Below are positions 1 to 6,998 of a stretch of DNA of 12,595 nucleotides, one piece after another (positions within the stretch are counted from its first letter, which is position 1; every line of letters begins with the position of its first letter). Below the pieces are notes generated by a model, which worked only from the letters and a program-made list of their open reading frames with translations, was not told where the DNA came from and ran no database searches. Source of the stretch: a virus. The DNA is taken from the UHGV virus genome UHGV-1677753, one strand, 5' to 3'. Both the position numbers and the translations under genes were made by a program.

Positions 1-70
1 TTTTCAAGCAGAAGACGGCATACGAGATTGTTGACTGTGACTGGAGTTCAGACGTGTGCTCTTCCGATCT
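1..70. other. Synthetic Illumina TruSeq indexed adapter (P7 flow-cell sequence, 8-nt index, Read 2 primer site); not biological sequence
   Basis: Bases 5-28 read CAAGCAGAAGACGGCATACGAGAT and bases 37-70 read GTGACTGGAGTTCAGACGTGTGCTCTTCCGATCT. The 8 nt between them (29-36, TGTTGACT) sit where the index belongs; their reverse complement AGTCAACA matches TruSeq index 13 (AGTCAA) as I recall it. Genome-like sequence starts at 71. Confidence 0.93.
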
Positions 71-119
71 ATACTGTTGGAAAATCAGCTTTTTTGGTTA
101 GCAACTTTTCCAACAGTAT
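71..119. repeat. Perfect 14-bp inverted repeat (ATACTGTTGGAAAA / TTTTCCAACAGTAT) with a 21-nt spacer, immediately abutting the adapter
   Basis: Positions 71-84 are the exact reverse complement of 106-119. It lies inside the minus-strand ORF and begins at the first genomic base after the adapter. Confidence 0.85.
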
Positions 120-263
120 TGACCATTCTTTTTCATTCCCTGCTTGCACAAAACCGATTTTACATGCTCTTGCGTGACTATTGATTAGCTCAGCATCAAC
201 GCCTTTGCCAAAAACGTATCCAACGCCACAATTGGAAGCAGTACAGTTAATCATTTTTATCAT
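71..263 (-). CDS. Hypothetical small Cys-containing protein in an AT-rich segment; 3' end not trustworthy (stop codon spans the adapter junction), so probably C-terminally truncated
   Basis: ORF track 69..263 (-), 64 aa, starting MIKMINCTASNCGVGYVFGKG. The ATG at 263 is preceded on the minus strand by AAGGA with about 7-nt spacing. The TAG stop is the reverse complement of 69-71, i.e. two adapter bases plus one genome base. Composition is markedly AT-rich compared with the phage genes. I recognise no family. Confidence 0.45.
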
Positions 264-368
264 CTTCTTATCCTTAACGTTCTTCGTGGGGGTGAGATTA
301 ATCTTAATGCACCTTGAGCGAATAGTCTTCTATAAAAATATATCACTGTAAAAAAACAATTTTTTCTT

Positions 369-398
369 ACAATACAATACATTACATTACATTACATT
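369..398. repeat. Pentanucleotide tandem repeat, (ACAAT)x2 then (ACATT)x4
   Basis: Read directly: ACAAT ACAAT ACATT ACATT ACATT ACATT at 369-398, in the AT-rich segment just upstream of the HNH ribosome-binding site. Confidence 0.9.
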
Positions 399-430
399 AA
401 TGGAATCAGTAATTACACAGGAGGAATAAC

Positions 431-781
431 ATTCCGCAACGAACCCCAAAAGCCTGCCGTGTTCGCGGCTGCCGCCATACCACCACTGACCCGTCAGGCT
501 ATTGCGAAAGCCACAAAAGCGAAGGCTGGAAGCAATACAAACCTGGACAATCCCGTCATCAGCGCGGCTACGGTTCGAAGTGGGACAGTATCCGCGCGCG
601 TGTCCTGAAGCGTGACAAAGGCCTGTGTCAGTTATGTCTGCGTTCTGGTGTGGTGCGTGAGGCGAAAACTGTTGACCACATCATCCCTAAAGCGCATGGC
701 GGCACTGATGCTGACAGTAATCTGCAGAGTCTGTGCTGGCCGTGTCATAAGGCGAAGACGGCCCGTGAACGGTTAAAGTGA
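431..781 (+). CDS. HNH endonuclease, terminase-associated; start codon uncertain (no in-frame ATG/GTG/TTG, proposed ATT start at 431)
   Basis: Open frame from the TAA at 410-412 to the TGA at 779-781 translates to ...PKACRVRGCRHTTTDPSGYCESH...VDHIIPKAHGGTDADSNLQSLCWPCHKAKTARERLK, with paired Cys zinc-finger-like motifs and the HNH core (DH...N...CxxCH). It sits directly upstream of the terminase small subunit. Not in the ORF track because there is no canonical start. AGGAGG at 419-424 lies 6 nt upstream of ATT 431. Confidence 0.75.
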   Translation: MPQRTPKACRVRGCRHTTTDPSGYCESHKSEGWKQYKPGQSRHQRGYGSKWDSIRARVLKRDKGLCQLCLRSGVVREAKTVDHIIPKAHGGTDADSNLQSLCWPCHKAKTARERLK

Positions 782-807
782 TAATAATTCTCAACTGTCT
801 GAGGGGA

Positions 808-867
808 GGGGCGGGTCAAATCCCTGTGACCTGACGTCTTCCGGACTGCCCGCCCCATCGTTTTTTT
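808..867 (+). terminator. GC-rich dyad (GGGGCGGG ... CCCGCCCC) followed by a T7 run; intrinsic-terminator-like, or part of the cos site
   Basis: GGGGCGGG at 808-815 pairs with CCCGCCCC at 849-856 across a 33-nt loop, followed by TTTTTTT at 861-867. It lies in the HNH to terS intergenic region. The loop is long for a canonical terminator. Confidence 0.4.
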
Positions 868-906
868 ATACCCGCGAAAAATGAAAATTAACCAGGAGTG
901 CCGCAT

Positions 907-1392
907 ATGGCTGGAACGGCGGGGCGTTCCGGGCGTCGCCCCAAGCCAACGGCGCGCAAGGCGCTGGCCGGAAACCCCGGCAAGCGAGCCCTGAACAAAG
1001 ATGAACCTGTTTTTACGCCCATCAAAGGTGTTGAGCCACCGGAGTGGTTCGCTGAAGAAGATCTCCCTCTCGCCACGATCATGTGGCAACTGACAACCAA
1101 AGAACTCTGCGGTCAGGGCCTGCTGTGCGTGACTGACTTGGCGGTACTTGAGCGGTGGTGCGTGGCCTACGAGTTCTGGCGACGTGCCGTGAAAAATATT
1201 GCCAGACAGGGCAACACCATCACCGGTGCAATGGGTGGCATGGTCAAAAATCCGGAGCTGACCGCCAAAAAAGAACAGGAGTCCGAGATGAGCAGCACGG
1301 GGGCAATGCTCGGACTCGACCCCAGCAGCCGCCAGCGTCTGATTGGCCTGGCGGGGAAGAAGAAAGCCACTAACCCGTTTCTGACAATCTGA
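907..1392 (+). CDS. terS: Terminase small subunit (P27-like family)
   Basis: ORF track 898..1392. I place the start at ATG 907 ([30 protein letters not shown]...), with AGGAG at 894-898 about 8 nt upstream. The basic N-terminus and GNPGKR motif are typical of P27-type small terminases. Position is immediately upstream of terL. Confidence 0.85.
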   Translation: MAGTAGRSGRRPKPTARKALAGNPGKRALNKDEPVFTPIKGVEPPEWFAEEDLPLATIMWQLTTKELCGQGLLCVTDLAVLERWCVAYEFWRRAVKNIARQGNTITGAMGGMVKNPELTAKKEQESEMSSTGAMLGLDPSSRQRLIGLAGKKKATNPFLTI

Positions 1393-1405
1393 AAATCATC
1401 GAATC

Positions 1406-3139
1406 ATGAGCCGGAAATCTTACCCCAACGTAAATGCTGCCAATCAGTATGCCCGGGATGTCGTGCGCGGAAAGATTGTGGCCTGCCAGTTTGTGATTCA
1501 GGCCTGCCAGCGCCATCTTGATGACCTGATGGCGGAAAAAAGTAAGTCGTTTCGTTACCGCTTCGACAAGGATCTGGCTGAACGGGCCGCCAAATTTATT
1601 CAGCTGTTGCCGCACACCAAGGGTGAGTGGGCATTTAAACGGATGCCCATCACGCTGGAGCCGTGGCAGCTCTTTGTGATCTGCTGCGCGTTTGGCTGGG
1701 TCAATAAAGGCTCCCGGCTGCGCCGCTTCCGTGAGGTGTATACCGAAATCCCCCGTAAGAACGGCAAATCGGCAATCTCTGCCGGTGTCGCCCTGTATTG
1801 TTTTGCCTGTGATAACGAGTTCGGCGCGGAAGTGTATTCCGGTGCCACGACGGAGAAACAGGCATGGGAAGTCTTTCGTCCGGCAAGACTGATGTGTAAA
1901 CGCACACCCATGCTGACGGAAGCGTTCGGGATTGAGGTTAACGCCTCAAACATGAACCGTCCGGAGGATGGTGCGCGTTTTGAACCGCTGATCGGTAACC
2001 CCGGTGATGGTTCATCACCCCACTGTGCGGTGGTGGATGAATATCACGAGCACGCCACAGATGCGCTTTACACCACGATGCTTACCGGGATGGGGGCGCG
2101 ACGTCAGCCACTGATGTGGGCTATCACTACCGCCGGGTACAACATTGAGGGGCCGTGCTACGACAAACGGCGGGAAGTCATCGAGATGCTCAACGGTTCG
2201 GTACCCAACGATGAACTGTTCGGGATCATCTATACCGTTGACGAAGGTGACGACTGGACCGACCCGCAGGTGCTGGAAAAAGCCAATCCAAATATTGGCG
2301 TGTCGGTTTATCGCGAATTTTTGTTAAGTCAGCAGCAGCGTGCGAAAAATAACGCCCGTCTGGCAAACGTCTTTAAAACAAAACACCTCAATATCTGGGT
2401 GTCGGCGCGTTCGGCGTATTTCAACCTGGTGAGCTGGCAGAGCTGCGAGGATAAATCACTGACTCTTGAGCAGTTCGAGGGGCAGCCGTGCATTCTGGCC
2501 TTTGACCTGGCGCGTAAGCTGGATATGAACAGCATGGCGCGACTTTATACCCGCGAGATTGACGGTAAAACGCATTACTACAGTGTGGCCCCGCGTTTCT
2601 GGGTACCGTATGACACGGTGTATAGCGTCGAGAAAAATGAAGATCGCCGGACAGCCGAACGCTTTCAGAAATGGGTGGAAATGGGCGTTCTGACCGTTAC
2701 CGATGGTGCAGAGGTGGATTATCGCTACATCCTCGAAGAGGCCAAAGCGGCGAACAAAATCAGCCCGGTCAGTGAGTCACCCATCGACCCTTTCGGAGCG
2801 ACCGGGCTGTCACATGACCTTGCTGATGAAGACCTGAATCCCGTTACTATCGTCCAGAACTTCGCCAATATGTCCGACCCGATGAAAGAGCTGGAGGCAG
2901 CGATTGAATCGGGACGCTTTCATCATGACGGCAATCCCATCATGACCTGGTGTATCGGCAATGTGGTCGGCAAAAACATGCCAGGTAACGATGATTTAGT
3001 GAAGCCCGTCAAAGAGCAGGCGGAAAACAAAATCGATGGTGCAGTTGCGCTGATTATGGCGGTTGGCAGAGCCATGCTGTACGAGAAAGAAGACATGCTG
3101 TCTGACCACATTGAGTCCTATGGGATCCGCTCGCTTTAA
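1406..3139 (+). CDS. terL: Terminase large subunit (ATPase plus nuclease)
   Basis: 577-aa ORF. It has a Walker A-like P-loop ([10 protein letters not shown]) and a Walker B-like motif ([10 protein letters not shown]). Size and position between terS and portal fit. Confidence 0.95.
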
Positions 3140-3150
3140 CTGAGGTAATT

Positions 3151-3333
3151 ATGATCATGCTGATTCTCGCGCCTCTGGTGGGCGTGCTGGGGGCGCTTTT
3201 GCTGGCGTATGGTGCCTGGCTGATTTATCCCCCGGCGGGGTTTGTTGTTGCCGGGGCGTTGTGTCTGTTCTGGTCGTGGCTGGTGGCGCGATATCTCGAC
3301 CGTACACAGTCGTCTGTCGGCGGAGGTAAATAG
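3151..3333 (+). CDS. Small hydrophobic protein with two predicted transmembrane helices (hypothetical)
   Basis: 60-aa [68 protein letters not shown] lies 4 nt upstream of ATG 3151. Its TAG stop (3331-3333) overlaps the portal GTG start. Confidence 0.5.
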
Positions 3334-4574
3334 TGTTCTTTTCGGGATTATTTCAACGAAAAAGTGACGCACCGGTGACCACGCCAGCAGAGCTGGCGGA
3401 TGCTATCGGGTTGTCCTACGACACCTATACCGGAAAGCAGATCAGCAGCCAGCGGGCCATGCGACTGACGGCGGTTTTTTCCTGTGTCAGGGTGCTGGCG
3501 GAGTCGGTCGGGATGTTGCCCTGCAACCTGTATCACCTGAACGGCAGTCTGAAGCAGAGAGCCGCTGGCGAACGTCTGCATAAGCTGATCTCCACGCATC
3601 CCAATGGCTATATGACGCCGCAGGAGTTCTGGGAGCTGGTGGTCACCTGTCTGTGCCTGCGGGGAAACTTTTACGCCTACAAAGTGAAAGCATTTGGCGA
3701 AGTGGCTGAACTGCTGCCCGTCGATCCCGGCTGTGTGGTACCGAAGCTTAACAGTAGCTGGGAGCCGGTCTATCAGGTCACATTCCCGGACGGCTCTACG
3801 GATGTACTGAGCCAGGAAGATATCTGGCATGTGCGCACGCTGACGCTGGACGGTCTGGTGGGGCTGAATCCCATCGCCTATGCCCGCGAGGCAATATCGC
3901 TGGCAGCTGCGACCGAAGAGCACGGGGCCAGACTGTTCAGCAATGGTGCGGTGACGTCCGGTGTGTTGCGTACAGAGCAGACGCTGTCGGATCAGGCTTA
4001 TGAGCGCCTGAAGAAAGATTTTGAGGAGCGTCACACCGGGCTTGGCAATGCTCACCGCCCGATGATCCTTGAGATGGGGCTGGACTGGAAGTCGATGGCG
4101 CTGAACGCCGAGGACAGCCAGTTCCTGGAAACCCGCAAGTTTCAGCTTGAAGAAATCTGTCGTCTGTTCCGGGTGCCGTTGCACATGGTGCAGAACACCG
4201 ATCGCGCCACCTTCAACAATATCGAAGAGCTGGGGCTGGGATTTATCAACTATTCACTGGTGCCGTATCTGACCCGCATCGAACAGCGGATCAACACCGG
4301 ACTGGTACGAAAAAGTAAGCAGGGCGTTTATTACGCCAAATTTAACGCCGGGGCGTTACTGCGCGGGGATATGAAGTCCCGTTTTGAAGCCTACGCCACC
4401 GGGATCAACTGGGGAATTTACTCTCCCAATGACTGCCGCGACCTGGAAGATATGAATCCGCGTCCCGGTGGTGATGTCTATCTCACACCGATGAACATGA
4501 CCACGAAACCCTCCGATGGCAGTAAAGCCGGTAAGCAGAAGGATAACGCCAATGCAGACGAAACAACGTCTTGA
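3333..4574 (+). CDS. Portal protein (HK97-like family)
   Basis: 413-aa ORF directly after terL and before the prohead protease. GTG start at 3333 with GGAGG at 3322-3326 (6-nt spacing). Size and synteny are typical of HK97-type portals. Confidence 0.92.
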   Translation: MFFSGLFQRKSDAPVTTPAELADAIGLSYDTYTGKQISSQRAMRLTAVFSCVRVLAESVGMLPCNLYHLNGSLKQRAAGERLHKLISTHPNGYMTPQEFWELVVTCLCLRGNFYAYKVKAFGEVAELLPVDPGCVVPKLNSSWEPVYQVTFPDGSTDVLSQEDIWHVRTLTLDGLVGLNPIAYAREAISLAAATEEHGARLFSNGAVTSGVLRTEQTLSDQAYERLKKDFEERHTGLGNAHRPMILEMGLDWKSMALNAEDSQFLETRKFQLEEICRLFRVPLHMVQNTDRATFNNIEELGLGFINYSLVPYLTRIEQRINTGLVRKSKQGVYYAKFNAGALLRGDMKSRFEAYATGINWGIYSPNDCRDLEDMNPRPGGDVYLTPMNMTTKPSDGSKAGKQKDNANADETTS

Positions 4575-5202
4575 TGTACCGCTGAGTCTGAAATCTGTCA
4601 GTGACTCCGGGGAGTTTGAAGGGTATGGCTCCGTCTTTGGTGTAAAGGACAGCCACGATGATGTGGTGATGTCCGGGGCATTTGCTGCTTCCCTGCGGGC
4701 GTGGAGTGACAGAAAAGCGTTACCTGCGCTGCTCTGGCAGCACCGCATGGATGAGCCCATCGGTGTTTACACCGAAATGAAGGAAGACGATGTCGGGCTT
4801 TACGTCAGGGGGCGGTTGCTCATTGATGATGATCCCCTGGCAAAACGCGCACATGCACACATGAAGGCCGGTTCGTTAACCGGCCTTTCTATTGGGTACG
4901 TCCTGAAAGACTGGGAATACGACCGGAGCAAAGAAGCCTTTCTGCTGAAAGAAATCGACCTCTGGGAAGTCAGCCTGGTGACGTTCCCGTCTAACGACGA
5001 GGCGCGGATCAGCGACGTCAAGAACGCACTGGCCCGCGGGGAAATCCCCGAACAGAAAAAAATCGAAAGAGTCCTGCGTGATGTCGGACTCTCCCGTACC
5101 CAGGCCAAAGCATTCATGGCCGGGGGCTATGGCGCACTGTCCCTGCGCGACGCTGAGGATGTGGGCTCTGCACTGAATGCACTGAAAAATCTGAACTTCT
5201 AA
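4552..5202 (+). CDS. Prohead (capsid maturation) protease, HK97-like
   Basis: ORF track 4516..5202. I prefer ATG 4552 (MQTKQRLDVPLSLKSVSDSGEFEGYGSVFG...) because AAGGA at 4539-4543 precedes it. Sits between portal and major capsid protein. About 216 aa. Confidence 0.88.
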   Translation: MQTKQRLDVPLSLKSVSDSGEFEGYGSVFGVKDSHDDVVMSGAFAASLRAWSDRKALPALLWQHRMDEPIGVYTEMKEDDVGLYVRGRLLIDDDPLAKRAHAHMKAGSLTGLSIGYVLKDWEYDRSKEAFLLKEIDLWEVSLVTFPSNDEARISDVKNALARGEIPEQKKIERVLRDVGLSRTQAKAFMAGGYGALSLRDAEDVGSALNALKNLNF

Positions 5203-5216
5203 TCAGGAGAAATACG

Positions 5217-6422
5217 ATGGCGGTTGATATTAAAGATGTCGAACAGGTCGCGCAGGAGCTGCAGCAGAAGTTTGACGACTTCAAAGCAAAGAACGACAAG
5301 CGCGTGGATGCGATTGAGCAGGAAAAAGGCAAACTTGCCGGGCAGGTGGAAACCCTGAACGGGAAACTCAGCGAGCTGGAAAACCTCAAAAGCGATCTTG
5401 AAAAAGAGCTGCTTGAGCTGAAACGTCCGGCAGGTGGTGCGCAAAATAAACTGGCCACCGAGCATAAAGAAGCGTTTGTGGGCTTCCTGCGTAAAGGCCG
5501 TGAAGATGGTCTGCGCGATCTGGAGCGCAAGGCATTACAGGTGGGCACCGATGAAGACGGCGGCTATGCCGTGCCGGAAGCACTGGATCGCAACATTCTC
5601 ACCCTGCTGAAAGATGAAGTGGTGATGCGCCAGGAAGCCACGGTGATCACCGTTGGTGGTTCCGACTACAAAAAACTGGTGAATCTGGGCGGCACGGCTT
5701 CCGGATGGGTTGGCGAGACTGACGCGCGCTCCCAGACTGCCACCTCAAAACTGGGCCTGATTGAACCTTTCATGGGGGAAATCTACGGTAACCCGCAGGC
5801 CACCCAGAAAATGCTGGATGATGCCTTTTTCAACGTGGAAGCATGGATCAACAGCGAGCTGGCAACCGAATTTGCCGAACAGGAAGAAATTGCCTTTACC
5901 ACCGGCGATGGTACCAAGAAGCCGAAAGGGTTCCTGGCGTATGAATCCACGGATGAAACCGACAAGGTCCGGGCGTTCGGCAAACTTCAGCATATTGTAT
6001 CCGGCGAAGCGACCGCGGTGACCGCAGACGCCATTATCAAACTGATTTACACGCTGCGTAAGGCACACCGCACTGGCGCGAAGTTCATGATGAACAACAA
6101 CAGCCTGTTTGCCATCCGTCTGCTGAAAGACACCGAGGGTAACTATCTGTGGCGTCCGGGGCTGGAGCTGGGGCAGCCGTCCTCTCTGGCGGGTTACGGT
6201 ATCGCTGAAAACGAACAGATGCCGGATATCGCCGCTGATGCGAAAGCCATTGCATTTGGTAACTTCAAACGGGGTTACACCATCGTTGACCGTATCGGCA
6301 CCCGCATTCTGCGTGACCCGTACACCAATAAACCGTTTGTCGGTTTTTATACCACCAAGCGCACCGGCGGGATGCTGGTCGATTCGCAGGCCATCAAACT
6401 GCTGAAGATTGCAGCGGCGTAA
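5217..6422 (+). CDS. Major capsid protein, HK97 fold, with N-terminal coiled-coil delta (scaffold-like) domain
   Basis: 401-aa ORF with AGGAG before ATG 5217. The N-terminal ~100 aa are coiled-coil-like (KFDDFKAKNDKRVDAIEQEKGKLAGQVETLNGKLSELENLKSDLEKELLELK), as in HK97-type capsid proteins that carry their own scaffold domain. No separate scaffold gene is present, consistent with that. Confidence 0.93.
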   Translation: MAVDIKDVEQVAQELQQKFDDFKAKNDKRVDAIEQEKGKLAGQVETLNGKLSELENLKSDLEKELLELKRPAGGAQNKLATEHKEAFVGFLRKGREDGLRDLERKALQVGTDEDGGYAVPEALDRNILTLLKDEVVMRQEATVITVGGSDYKKLVNLGGTASGWVGETDARSQTATSKLGLIEPFMGEIYGNPQATQKMLDDAFFNVEAWINSELATEFAEQEEIAFTTGDGTKKPKGFLAYESTDETDKVRAFGKLQHIVSGEATAVTADAIIKLIYTLRKAHRTGAKFMMNNNSLFAIRLLKDTEGNYLWRPGLELGQPSSLAGYGIAENEQMPDIAADAKAIAFGNFKRGYTIVDRIGTRILRDPYTNKPFVGFYTTKRTGGMLVDSQAIKLLKIAAA

Positions 6423-6429
6423 TCACTCA

Positions 6430-6457
6430 GGGGCGCGGAACCGCGCCCCCTGTTCTG
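6430..6457 (+). terminator. Stem-loop (GGGGCGCGG-AA-CCGCGCCCC) followed by TGTTCT; putative intrinsic terminator/attenuator after the capsid gene
   Basis: Perfect 9-bp GC-rich inverted repeat at 6430-6438 / 6441-6449, starting 8 nt after the capsid stop codon. The downstream T-tract is weak (CTGTTCTG). Confidence 0.5.
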
Positions 6458-6471
6458 ACGGGTGAAGAATC

Positions 6472-6672
6472 ATGATCCTGAAACAAGATCTGAAATGGTC
6501 ACCGGACGGTATGCGTGTTGAGGTCATTCGGGCCGGTGAGTATGACGACGGGGCGCTTCCTGCCCGGGTGCAGGAGATTGCACTTCAGGCCGGGTTAGCA
6601 GAGCGCGGAACCAGTGCAAAAAGCAGTAAAGCGACAAAAGAGAAAAAAGCCACGACCAGTAAAGAGGGCTGA
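6472..6672 (+). CDS. Hypothetical small protein with Lys/Ser/Thr-rich C-terminal tail
   Basis: 66-aa ORF MILKQDLKWSPDGMRVEVIRAGEYDDGALPARVQEIALQAGLAERGTSAKSSKATKEKKATTSKEG. ATG 6472 follows GGTGA. Its stop overlaps the ribosome-binding site and start of the next gene. Confidence 0.5.
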   Translation: MILKQDLKWSPDGMRVEVIRAGEYDDGALPARVQEIALQAGLAERGTSAKSSKATKEKKATTSKEG

Positions 6673-6674
6673 GT

Positions 6675-6998
6675 ATGCTTCTGACAATGGAAGAGATTAA
6701 AGCCCAACTCCGGCTGGATGAGGATTTCGATGCTGATGACCGCCATCTGCAACTGCTGGCCTGTGCGGCACAAAAGCGGACGGAAACGTATCTGAACCGG
6801 AAGCTCTATGCACCGGATGAAACCATTCCGGACAGCGATCCGGACGGGCTGCACCTGCCGGATGATATTCGTCTGGGGATGCTGATGCTTATCAGCCATT
6901 TTTACGAAAACCGCTCGTCGGTTACGGAAGTGGAGAAACTCGACATGCCGCAGAGTTTTGGCTGGCTTGTCGGCCCGTACAGGTACTTTCCGCAATGA
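6675..6998 (+). CDS. Head-tail connector protein (gp6-like)
   Basis: 107-aa ORF MLLTMEEIKAQLRLDEDFDADDRHLQLLACAAQKRTETYL..., matching the gp6-like connector N-terminal pattern as I recall it. AGAGGG precedes ATG 6675. Position after the capsid gene. Confidence 0.78.
   Translation: MLLTMEEIKAQLRLDEDFDADDRHLQLLACAAQKRTETYLNRKLYAPDETIPDSDPDGLHLPDDIRLGMLMLISHFYENRSSVTEVEKLDMPQSFGWLVGPYRYFPQ

Noticed and set aside
100-140. Possible Walker A / P-loop (GVGYVFGKG) in the small minus-strand ORF
   Set aside because: The Gly and Lys spacing does not fit GxxxxGK[ST], and a 64-aa fragment is too short to support an NTPase call.
369-398. Possible CRISPR array or iteron cluster
   Set aside because: It is a contiguous pentanucleotide microsatellite with no spacers and 5-nt units, so not CRISPR-like. 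No other regularly spaced repeats were seen in the window.
898-906. GTG at 898 as the terS start (as in the ORF track)
   Set aside because: GTG 898 overlaps the AGGAG ribosome-binding site itself. ATG 907 has proper spacing from it, so 907 is preferred.
745-1100. Minus-strand ORFs 745..1089 and 888..1100 overlapping the HNH end, the intergenic dyad and terS
   Set aside because: They overlap two confidently identified + strand genes and the regulatory intergenic region. No ribosome-binding site, and the translations look like frame noise.
1155-1373. Alternative-frame + strand ORF (72 aa) inside terS
   Set aside because: It is embedded in terS in another frame with an Arg/Gly/His-rich composition typical of frame noise, and has no start context.
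3348-4184. 278-aa minus-strand ORF antisense to the portal gene
   Set aside because: It is entirely embedded in a well-supported sense gene of a colinear operon. Long antisense ORFs arise by chance in GC-rich coding sequence, and it has no start context or synteny logic.
4516-4551. ATG 4516 as the prohead protease start
   Set aside because: The downstream ATG 4552 has a clear AAGGA ribosome-binding site and gives a smaller overlap with the portal gene. 4516 remains possible.
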